Assembly: GCA_043797205.1 (NCBI GenBank)
Contig: JAZDQB010000028.1
Location: forward strand, 4,144 to 68,143
Direction of reading: 5' to 3'
DNA: 64,000 nucleotides
Source: Candidatus Woesearchaeota archaeon
Lineage (GTDB): Archaea > Nanobdellota > Nanobdellia > Woesearchaeales > GW2011-AR9
Shown here: positions 56,499 to 64,000 of the stretch, piece after piece
Numbering within the stretch: position 1 is the stretch's first letter
How the letters are laid out: each line of letters starts with the position of its first letter
Made by a program: the position numbers and the translations under genes
The notes under the pieces: generated by a model
Told to the model about the DNA's origin: nothing
What the model saw: only the letters and a program-made list of their open reading frames with translations
The model's database searches: none

Positions 56499-57836
56499 TT
56501 ATTGCTCTAATCCTCTCCGCGTAGCCAATAACTGATTAGTCTGCTCTAGATTCAGAATTAATTCTAAAAAATACTTCTCGCGCTCTTCAGCATTCCGGAC
56601 TACGCTGCGCACCGCTTGCACTAATTCTTGAATTTCATTATTTCGGTCCAACAGCACCGCACAAATTTTACTCTGCGACGGCTTTTTCAAACGTTCCCAT
56701 TCTCGGCGCATATTCAAACGATACATCTCTTCTAATCTCAACACTGCTTCACGGAAATCATTCTCGTCTGCCTTCTGTTTTGCTCCTTTGGCCAGATCTT
56801 CCATGGTAGCGAAGAATTCAAACACAAATTCAGGAACATCGGAAGGCAAAAGAGTATTTTCCAATTCCTTACTGCTGCGGTTGAAATAACCGTTAAGATT
56901 AAGTAAAGAAGATCTTAAAGCATCTCGCTGAGAAAGGGGAATGATCAGATTGAAAGCCCGGGTTTGAAAGGTGACAAAAATTTCTGCCAATTCCTCTTTA
57001 GCCGCTTCTAACTGTTCGGGAGAATAAACTACGTTTGCTTCCATCAGACGGAAAATCGCTTGGGCTGTTTCCATCAACCCCCCTTCTAAACGAGTAAGAG
57101 CATTCTGACGTGATTGTAATAGTTCTACTTCTACCTCTAAAGAAGCATTACTCTCTTCATAGTAAGCTTCTATCTCCGGAACAATCCCGGCTTTCCAGAA
57201 CAAAAATCCTTTTCCCAATAGATTCTTAATACTATTTTGCAATCCTTGCACTAGTTCTGTTCCGTTAACTCCTTCTTTGAATTGTGCCGATTCGTTTTTA
57301 GTCAAAGTGTTGGTTAAAAAATCTTTCAACCTCTGCAGGGAATTATTGTAAGCCAAAACATCTTGCCGCTCTTCTTCCGGTAAATGCTGTTCGACTAATT
57401 TAGTATGCTCATAGCGACCGATCAACATCCCAAAGTTAGGATCCAACAGTTCTTGTTCCAAAGTACGGATAGCTAGAGGAAAATTTCCTTCCTGCAAGTA
57501 AGAAGAAATTTTATTCAGAAAACTTTCGATTTGATATTTGTTTAAGAAAGGTAAAGAATTCTTTAAGCGCTGCGCATTCTCTCGTTCTTTAGTTAAATTA
57601 ATGTAATCTAATGCTGAACGTTCTAAAGCCGCTAGACGCTGCGAGATCTCTTTTTCCATTTGCAGCGACTTGTTTAAATTATTATTAGTATTTTCTTTCT
57701 TTTGTACCGCAGATAAAGAATTATTAGCATTACTATTAATCAGCTGGATGGTAGCCAGAGCTTCTTTCAGCCAGAGCATCTGTTTCTGTTCCAATTCTGA
57801 GATTCCAATTACCGGAGTATTAAACACTTTAACCAT
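56499..57836 (-). CDS. coiled-coil hypothetical protein
   Basis: ORF only. Strongly helical, with heptad-like repeats. Confidence 0.45.
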   Translation of the reverse strand: MVKVFNTPVIGISELEQKQMLWLKEALATIQLINSNANNSLSAVQKKENTNNNLNKSLQMEKEISQRLAALERSALDYINLTKERENAQRLKNSLPFLNKYQIESFLNKISSYLQEGNFPLAIRTLEQELLDPNFGMLIGRYEHTKLVEQHLPEEERQDVLAYNNSLQRLKDFLTNTLTKNESAQFKEGVNGTELVQGLQNSIKNLLGKGFLFWKAGIVPEIEAYYEESNASLEVEVELLQSRQNALTRLEGGLMETAQAIFRLMEANVVYSPEQLEAAKEELAEIFVTFQTRAFNLIIPLSQRDALRSSLLNLNGYFNRSSKELENTLLPSDVPEFVFEFFATMEDLAKGAKQKADENDFREAVLRLEEMYRLNMRREWERLKKPSQSKICAVLLDRNNEIQELVQAVRSVVRNAEEREKYFLELILNLEQTNQLLATRRGLEQ

Positions 57837-57976
57837 ATGACCCTCTTTTCATTTGAGGAGAAAGACGTATTTAAACATTTATATCGTTGAGTCGTATATT
57901 GTTAAATATATGATTTTCATATATAACGATTACTCTCGAAACGTTTTTAAATAAAGTTCTAAAATAGGTTTAAGGT

Positions 57977-58136
57977 GGGCCCATGGTCTAGCGGTTATCT
58001 TCCTAAGGAAGACTGCATATGATGTCTCCCTTACATGCACAGCTTAGCTGGGCGACCAGCACCGCAGTGCTGAGTACGGAGAATGTCCCCGGTTCGAAAC
58101 GCAGCAATAACTGCCACGAAAGTCCGGGTGGGCCCA
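57977..58136 (+). tRNA. candidate multi-intron tRNA (tentatively Val, anticodon UAC; introns in the D-loop region, at 37/38 and in the T-loop)
   Basis: GGGCCCA...TGGGCCC-A acceptor. T arm CCCGG-TTCGAA[24-nt insert]T-CCGGG restores TTCGAAT. Anticodon arm TCTCC-CTTACA[41-nt insert]C-GGAGA. D stem GTCT with AGCGGTTA loop. A TATA-like TTTTTAAATAAA lies about 30 nt upstream. Confidence 0.45.
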
Positions 58137-58156
58137 TTCATTTTTCTTTAATATAA

Positions 58157-58486
58157 CTAACTTATTCCTTTAATTAATAAATTAACCGAATAGAGAAGAA
58201 GAATCGTTTCAAGCACCAATAGAATACAAAAGAGAAGCTGCATAGCAATATATCCATTCATAACCAAAGCCATATCTTGCTTAGCAAAAACAATATCTCT
58301 CTCGTTGGTGGTATTCGTTACACTCATCCTTTCTTCAAGAAATGGATCAATATTAGCTCGGTTAAAAGTAGAGAAAACCCCTCGGTCGGAAAAATATTCC
58401 AAAGTAAGATAGATTCCAGCAATGGTTATGAGCAAAAAGACTATGCCTAAAACAAGTTGCAATCTTTTGACCGCCTCTTTTTTCAT
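58157..58486 (-). CDS. small membrane protein
   Basis: Two TM helices. Confidence 0.4.
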   Translation of the reverse strand: MKKEAVKRLQLVLGIVFLLITIAGIYLTLEYFSDRGVFSTFNRANIDPFLEERMSVTNTTNERDIVFAKQDMALVMNGYIAMQLLFCILLVLETILLLYSVNLLIKGIS

Positions 58487-58581
58487 AACTCTGAGAAATA
58501 TATTTTAATATATAAACCCTTTCTTCTATGAGCCAGCTAAAAACAAAACCTTAAAAAGAGGTAAGGTTATTCTCTCCCTAT

Positions 58582-59340
58582 ATGGCTGATGCGGTAGCCC
58601 AGACAACTCAAGAAGAGGTAATGGATTTACTTCTAGAACAGGATGATGTTACTTGGCGAACTATTCTGTTAGACTTAGTCAAAAACGAGCAGATGAATCC
58701 CTGGGACGTTAATTTAACTTTGCTTACTAGAAAATATCTGCAGACTATCAAAGAGATGCAGCAGCATGACCTAAAAATATCTGGAAAAATCTTATTAGCG
58801 GCGGCACTGCTGCTGCGCATCAAATCTACACACTTTATCGACAAGGATCTAGCGGAATTTGATCAATTGTTATACCAAACCGGAGAGGAAGACGAAAATT
58901 GGGATAATCTAACTGAAGAACAAAAAGAGCAACGCGTAAAAGAGAAATATAAATTAATTCCTCGCAATCCTCAACCCCGCAGCAGAAAAGTTTCTATCCA
59001 TGACCTGATTGAAGCCTTGCAGAAAGCGATGGAATCTAAAAAAAGAATCCTGGCCCAGCAACGTCCGGTAAAATACGTTATTCACAAAAAAGGGATGGAT
59101 ATTGTGGAAGTTATTTATGATTTGTACCATAAGATTATGTATTATTCTAATAAGGAAGAGAATCAGGACAAAAGAATTACTTTTACTCAGCTTTTGCCGC
59201 CCAAATCTGGAAAGCAGGAGAAAGCCTTTACTTTCATCCCTTTATTACATTTAGAAAACCTGCAGAAGATTGAGACCGAACAGAAGAAACCTTTTGATGA
59301 GATTTATATTACGCTACTGGGGAAGAAAGTGGCTAAATAA
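58582..59340 (+). CDS. scpA: segregation and condensation protein A (kleisin)
   Basis: EEVMDLLLEQDDVTWRTILLDLVKNEQMNPWDVNLTLLTRKYL is the ScpA N-terminal signature. Confidence 0.75.
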   Translation: MADAVAQTTQEEVMDLLLEQDDVTWRTILLDLVKNEQMNPWDVNLTLLTRKYLQTIKEMQQHDLKISGKILLAAALLLRIKSTHFIDKDLAEFDQLLYQTGEEDENWDNLTEEQKEQRVKEKYKLIPRNPQPRSRKVSIHDLIEALQKAMESKKRILAQQRPVKYVIHKKGMDIVEVIYDLYHKIMYYSNKEENQDKRITFTQLLPPKSGKQEKAFTFIPLLHLENLQKIETEQKKPFDEIYITLLGKKVAK

Positions 59341-59420
59341 GAGCAATTCTCTTTAAACTATAGAAAAACTCCTCTTTACTCCATAAATCTTTTAAAACCA
59401 CCCCCTTATTAATATAAAGT

Positions 59421-61289
59421 ATGAAGTCTACTAAAGAAATTAAGGTTCCGGATAAGATTGTCGACCAGGTTATCGGACAGGATGAAGCCGTTAATACTAT
59501 CAGAAAAGCGGCTTTACAGCGTCGGCACGTCCTTCTAATCGGCGATCCCGGTACGGGAAAAAGCATGCTGGGATTAGCTTTAGCGGAACTGCTGCCCCAA
59601 TCAGAATTGAAAGACTTGATTGCCTATCAAAATCCTAATGACGAAAATAATCCTTCCATCAAAGAAGTCAAAGCTGGAACGGGCAGAGATGAAGTCAAGC
59701 TGCGTTTATTGGACGGCAGCAAAGGCAACCGCAACAATAATTTCTTGATGTTTTTTGTAGCTATTTTAACTATGATTGCTCCGTGGTGGGTAAGATATCA
59801 TTACAAATCCGATTTAATGTTCACCGCTTTCTTTTTGGGAGGAATGCTTTTCTTAGCTGCCTTCGCCATTATGTTAGGAATGGGACAGAGAATGTTCCGC
59901 GCTAATGCCGAAATCACTCCGAAACTAATTGTCGACAACTTCGGTCGGAAAACTGCACCTTTTTTTGACGCCACGGGAGCCCATGCTGGAGCTTTACTCG
60001 GTGACGTCTTGCACGATCCTTTCCAATCAGGAGGTTTAGGCACTCCCGCCAATCAGCGTGTCGTAGCGGGAATGATCCATAAAGCTCACCTAGGGGTATT
60101 GTTTATTGATGAAATCGCTACTTTACATCCCCGTACTCAGCAAGAATTATTATCCGCTTTACAAGAGAAGAAATTTCCTATTACCGGTCAATCAGAAAGA
60201 AGCGCCGGAGCGATGGTTAGAACTGAACCTGTTCCGTGCGACTTTGTATTAGTTGCTGCCGGAAATTACGAGACGGTGAAAGATATGCATCCGGCGTTGA
60301 GATCGAGAATCAGAGGTTATGGATATGAAGTGTACATGAATGAAACTATGATCGACACGAAAGATAATCGTTTGAAGATTGCCCGTTTTGTAGCGCAAGA
60401 AGTTAAAAAGGAAAACGGCAAAATTCCCCATTTCTCAGAAGAGGCAGTTAATGTTATTATCGAAGAAGCACGCAAGCGAGCCAATCGCAAAGGACATTTA
60501 ACTCTTTACCTGCGCGGATTAGGTGGACTAGTACGCGCCGCCGGAGATCTAGCTAAAGAAGACAAAGCAGAACTAGTATTAGAGAAACACGTCAAAGAAG
60601 CTAAAAAGTTAGCCCGTACTTTAGAACAGCAGATGGCTGATAAATATATCGAACGCAAGAAAGAGTATGAAGTGATTGTAACTTCGGGAAGAAGAGTGGG
60701 CCGCGTGAACGGCTTGGCCGTGATTGGAAGTGGAGCAGCCTTCTCCGGAATCCTTTTACCGATTGAAGCAGAAGTTACCGCCGGAGGAAAGAAAAATCAG
60801 ATTGTGGCTACCGGAAAATTAGGCGAGATCGCTAAAGAAGCCATCATTAATGTTTCTGCTATCATCTTAAAATATTTCGGAGAAGATATTGTCGAAACCA
60901 AAGATATCTTTGTACAATTCCTGCAAACTTATGAAGGAGTGGAAGGAGATTCCGCTTCCATTGCTGTCGCTACCGCCATTATCTCTGCCTTGAAAAATAT
61001 TCCTATCAAACAAGAAATTGCTATGACTGGAAGTTTATCGGTACGGGGAGAAGTCCTGCCCGTAGGTGGAGTCTCTTCCAAAGTCGAAGCAGCCATTGAA
61101 GCCGGAGTGAAAACAATTATTGTCCCAAAAAGCAATTTGCAAGATATTGTTGTTGATGCCGACAAGCTAAAGAAAGTGACTATTATACCCGTAGTAAGTT
61201 TGGAAGAAGTTCTCGAGTTTGCTTTAGATTGGGAAGGAAATGAGAAGTTAAGAGATCAGATTGTTAATGGAAAGAAGAAGAGGAAGTAA
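59421..61289 (+). CDS. lonB: archaeal membrane-bound ATP-dependent Lon protease (LonB)
   Basis: AAA+ Walker A GDPGTGKS. Two TM helices inserted in the ATPase domain. C-terminal protease domain with [12 protein letters not shown] and the catalytic Ser. Confidence 0.9.
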   Translation: MKSTKEIKVPDKIVDQVIGQDEAVNTIRKAALQRRHVLLIGDPGTGKSMLGLALAELLPQSELKDLIAYQNPNDENNPSIKEVKAGTGRDEVKLRLLDGSKGNRNNNFLMFFVAILTMIAPWWVRYHYKSDLMFTAFFLGGMLFLAAFAIMLGMGQRMFRANAEITPKLIVDNFGRKTAPFFDATGAHAGALLGDVLHDPFQSGGLGTPANQRVVAGMIHKAHLGVLFIDEIATLHPRTQQELLSALQEKKFPITGQSERSAGAMVRTEPVPCDFVLVAAGNYETVKDMHPALRSRIRGYGYEVYMNETMIDTKDNRLKIARFVAQEVKKENGKIPHFSEEAVNVIIEEARKRANRKGHLTLYLRGLGGLVRAAGDLAKEDKAELVLEKHVKEAKKLARTLEQQMADKYIERKKEYEVIVTSGRRVGRVNGLAVIGSGAAFSGILLPIEAEVTAGGKKNQIVATGKLGEIAKEAIINVSAIILKYFGEDIVETKDIFVQFLQTYEGVEGDSASIAVATAIISALKNIPIKQEIAMTGSLSVRGEVLPVGGVSSKVEAAIEAGVKTIIVPKSNLQDIVVDADKLKKVTIIPVVSLEEVLEFALDWEGNEKLRDQIVNGKKKRK

Positions 61290-61293
61290 AAAA

Positions 61294-61632
61294 TTATTTC
61301 AATGCTTCAATAAATTTATCCAGGCTAGAGATCGAAGCGGCTTGGACTTTCATTATGTCTTCAAGTTTCTTCAACGTGCCAGAATCTGTTATAATCATTT
61401 TGCTGATCTGCATTTGTGCTAGATGATCTGTTGATCGCTCCTTTAAATAAGACACTGCCTCCACTACTTCTCCTACAGAATGTCCTAAAGATTCTGCCTG
61501 TTCAAATCCTTTGATGTTTACGGAAACATAATACTTAGCATCCAAAAAGTCTTCTGGAACTAATAATCCCACGGAATGGAACAACTTCACTTCGTCTTCC
61601 ACATCAATTTTTCTTCCATACATTTCTATCAT
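61294..61632 (-). CDS. hypothetical protein (shares identical leader and first codons with the next gene)
   Basis: SD AGAGGA before the ATG of MIEMYGRK. The track ORF starts at an in-frame TTG inside the repeat. Confidence 0.45.
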   Translation of the reverse strand: MIEMYGRKIDVEDEVKLFHSVGLLVPEDFLDAKYYVSVNIKGFEQAESLGHSVGEVVEAVSYLKERSTDHLAQMQISKMIITDSGTLKKLEDIMKVQAASISSLDKFIEALK

Positions 61633-61681
61633 TTTTTTATCCTCTTGTTTTAAGCCCAAGGAAGGCAGTTATTTGATTTAT
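61629..61681. repeat. 53-bp perfect direct repeat, copy A
   Basis: TCATTTTTTTATCCTCTTGTTTTAAGCCCAAGGAAGGCAGTTATTTGATTTAT is identical to 62023..62075. Confidence 0.8.
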
Positions 61682-61705
61682 ATTAATTGCAAGAAGTGTT
61701 AAAAA

Positions 61706-62026
61706 TTATTTTTTCTTACTGGGATTTAAGATGGCATCATCAAGTGTTCTTTGATTAACGGCTTGATATTCAAATTCTCCTGCACAATCCCTATAATTTC
61801 TCAAGTATTGGGTTTGGCTTTCATTAACTAATAGTCTTCTTCCATCAAAATCAACCATAATCCAAGGTTTATCGTGTTGGTATCCACTATTTAATCCAAA
61901 AATCAATCTTTCTGCGACTTGAACTAAACTATCAATTTTTAGTTGAGTATGAGCTAATGCACTCATATGCATTCCACCAATATGGCGAATTCCTTCATAT
62001 TTAACACAAACATTGATTTGGGTCAT
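61706..62026 (-). CDS. hypothetical protein
   Basis: Same 53-bp leader as 61294..61632; begins MTQINVCVKYEG. Confidence 0.45.
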   Translation of the reverse strand: MTQINVCVKYEGIRHIGGMHMSALAHTQLKIDSLVQVAERLIFGLNSGYQHDKPWIMVDFDGRRLLVNESQTQYLRNYRDCAGEFEYQAVNQRTLDDAILNPSKKK

Positions 62027-62075
62027 TTTTTTATCCTCTTGTTTTAAGCCCAAGGAAGGCAGTTATTTGATTTAT
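62023..62075. repeat. 53-bp perfect direct repeat, copy B
   Basis: Identical to 61629..61681. Confidence 0.8.
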
Positions 62076-62170
62076 GATTAGTAATAGCATTAATAACATA
62101 ATTAAATCTTCTGAGCGAAATATTTATAAAAAAGCCCATTTTATCTATTAATTGGTAAAAAGGATAAAAA

Positions 62171-63124
62171 ATGAACTTAGATATTAAAGATAAGCGGATA
62201 TTATATGCGCTGGATAAGAATGCTAGGATTAGTTATAGTCAGTTAGCCAGAAAAACCCAGTTAAGCCCCGAAGTGGCTTTATATCGAGTAAAGAAGTTGG
62301 AACAATCCGGTATCATCACTCAATATCAAACCTCCGTCAACTATTGGAAATTAGGATTGATCCATTTCAAGATCTGCTTAGTTTTCAATGGTATTTCTTT
62401 GCAAGCCGAAGAAGAATTGTATGTTAAACTGAAAGAAATACCTCAAATAATTTGGATAGCTAAATGTCAGGGAGAATATGATTGCTTGCTTTCTTGTACA
62501 GTTAATAATATGGAAGAATTGGATTCTGTTAAAGATAAAATCTTAGCGCTAGCTAACAAACATCTCCTCAATAAGACTATTTCACTCTCTTCGAAAATAT
62601 GGTCTTTTCCAAGAAGATATCTTACCGCCCAAAAAGAAGAATTACTCGAAAAAGAGGACCACCATCCGGTAGAATTAGACCGATTAGATATAGAATTGTT
62701 GAGAATATTATCTTTAGAAGGAAGATTGTCGGTGGTCCAGATTGCAAAAAAATTAAAGTCCACTATTAAAATTATCACCAACAGAATAAAAAAATTACAG
62801 CAAAGTAAGACCATCAACAATTACCGCTTGGTGATTGATTACGAAAAATTAGGAGTTAAGTTGTTTAAAACCTTCATCTCTTTAAAAAACCCAGAAAATA
62901 ACAGATTGAGACAACTAATTACTTATCTTAATACCAATAAACATCTGGTTCATAATCTCAAAGTGATTGGTGCTTGGGACTTAGAGCCAGAATTTGAATT
63001 TGAAAAAGAAGAGGAATTCCAGAAAGAGATCCAAAAGATAAAAAACAAATTTTCAGATATCATACAAAAGATTAGTGTTATTAATGTTATTAAAGAGTAT
63101 AAGTACACTTTCTTCTACAAGTAA
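62171..63124 (+). CDS. tandem (duplicated) Lrp/AsnC family transcriptional regulator
   Basis: Two HTH_AsnC modules (DIKDKRILYALDKNARISYSQLARKTQLSPEVALYRVKKLEQSGII and LDRLDIELLRILSLEGRLSVVQIAKKL), each followed by a RAM-like domain. Confidence 0.7.
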   Translation: MNLDIKDKRILYALDKNARISYSQLARKTQLSPEVALYRVKKLEQSGIITQYQTSVNYWKLGLIHFKICLVFNGISLQAEEELYVKLKEIPQIIWIAKCQGEYDCLLSCTVNNMEELDSVKDKILALANKHLLNKTISLSSKIWSFPRRYLTAQKEELLEKEDHHPVELDRLDIELLRILSLEGRLSVVQIAKKLKSTIKIITNRIKKLQQSKTINNYRLVIDYEKLGVKLFKTFISLKNPENNRLRQLITYLNTNKHLVHNLKVIGAWDLEPEFEFEKEEEFQKEIQKIKNKFSDIIQKISVINVIKEYKYTFFYK

Positions 63125-64000
63125 TCACTTCTTACTATAAATCTCCTCCACCAGCCCCATAATCCTTTCTGCGGTCTTCTCTCCGATACCTTTAATCGCA
63201 GTCATCTCTTCTTTAGTAGCATTCACTATATTCTTAATGGTGCCGAAATGTTCTAGCAGCAAACGAGCCGTCTGCACTCCTACTCCTGGAAACGCAGAAA
63301 CAAAAAATTCTTGCTGCTCTTTCATGCTTCTGGGCTTTCGATCATGATAAGAGAAATCTCTTTCTTTGTTCTGCTCGCGCTGGGCCATCACCGCTAACAA
63401 CCCGGCCGTATCACGCGAATTCTTAGTGTAAAGGATTGGCACACCAAAATCCAATACAATCGAAGCGAGCATCCCACGAATAGCGTTAGCATGCACTTTG
63501 CGTACCGAATAAATATCTTCTTCCCCTTCAATGATAACCACGGCCCGTTCAAAATTCTTTTTCAGATCCCGTACTTGCTCCAACAATCTTCCGTCAATAA
63601 TGGAAGCCACAAAATCCGGCACTTGTTTCAGTTCCACTCCTACTCTTCCGGAGACAAGGTAATCTGCCGATTCTAATTGTGCCGTCTTTACACTTATGCC
63701 TAGGTCAATCAACTCTTTTACGATACGATTATTCTTTTCGCGATGATCAGCCAGTACGGCTGTTACTGGTTCTTCTGGTTTAGTAAAATTAAGAAGAGAG
63801 GCATTTCCATTACTGACTGCTTTGCTATCAAGATTATTTTCTTTCGGATTAAAAGTGAACTCCTTTTTAATTTCAGTTAGATTACGGTACATTTTCTTTT
63901 CCTTATGAAAAGAACTCCAGCGATAAGCTTCATCTCGTGTTCCTTCCGTCACTAAAATCGTTACTTCCCCTTTTTCCAATCGACCGGTTCTACCTCTTCT
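63125..64000 (-). CDS. hef: Hef/XPF-family nuclease (ERCC4 nuclease + HhH2), 5'-partial; the helicase part lies beyond the window
   Basis: ERCC4 block AVLADHREKNNRIV...ADYLVSGRVGVELK. C-terminal HhH2 GVGVQTARLLLEHFGTI...IKGIGEKTAERI. The frame stays open to the window edge and reads ...RRGRTGRLEKGEV, like helicase motif VI. Confidence 0.75.
   Translation of the reverse strand, partial: RRGRTGRLEKGEVTILVTEGTRDEAYRWSSFHKEKKMYRNLTEIKKEFTFNPKENNLDSKAVSNGNASLLNFTKPEEPVTAVLADHREKNNRIVKELIDLGISVKTAQLESADYLVSGRVGVELKQVPDFVASIIDGRLLEQVRDLKKNFERAVVIIEGEEDIYSVRKVHANAIRGMLASIVLDFGVPILYTKNSRDTAGLLAVMAQREQNKERDFSYHDRKPRSMKEQQEFFVSAFPGVGVQTARLLLEHFGTIKNIVNATKEEMTAIKGIGEKTAERIMGLVEEIYSKK

Noticed and set aside
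58110-58130. GAAAGTCCGGG matching the RNase P RNA P4 5'-strand consensus
   Set aside because: It lies at the 3' end of a 160-nt element rather than after P1-P3, and the other RNase P conserved regions are absent. The flanking tRNA-like acceptor and T-arm signals explain the region better.

Overview
The housekeeping genes place this 64-kb, AT-rich (roughly 35-38% GC) window in an archaeon: ABCE1, aIF5B, aIF1A, ribosomal protein S3Ae, Cbf5, a RIO kinase plus KH-domain protein, Trm1, RtcA, EF-1beta, geranylgeranyl reductase, membrane LonB, ScpA, an Lrp/AsnC regulator, Hef, and a tRNA-Thr with a canonical intron. The small-genome look, the many cell-surface proteins and a few bacterial-type genes (LspA, GpsA, glutaredoxin) suggest a DPANN-like lineage. 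Accessory and surface content is heavy. Several very large secreted proteins sit in the window: one with eight ~26-aa Cys-rich repeats, one with thrombospondin type-3 Ca-binding repeats, and an S-layer-like 855-aa protein. Three toxin-antitoxin-like modules are present: a solo Doc, a HEPN-like/MNT pair, and RHH/PIN. The most striking feature is a complete diversity-generating retroelement (DGR) at about 17.9-20.1 kb on the minus strand. It has an RT with the DGR-type LGxxxSQ motif, a ~91-nt template repeat made of Asn (AAY) codons, and a matching variable repeat inside a 268-aa target gene. All 16 TR/VR differences lie at template adenines, and a GC hairpin sits just downstream of the VR. Next to it are a Bro-N domain gene, a free-standing LAGLIDADG homing endonuclease and a tRNA-like element, so the DGR probably lies on a viral or mobile island. 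Four GC-rich structured non-coding elements also stand out: two candidate multi-intron tRNAs and two RNAs of unknown family. Smaller points are a 53-bp perfect direct repeat shared by two adjacent genes, a HemK-like methyltransferase fused to a Bud32/RIO-like kinase domain, and a helicase gene that stops after its first RecA-like domain. Coordinates inside the DGR may be off by 1-2 nt, because my reading of the text near nt 18960 disagrees by one base with the supplied ORF track.
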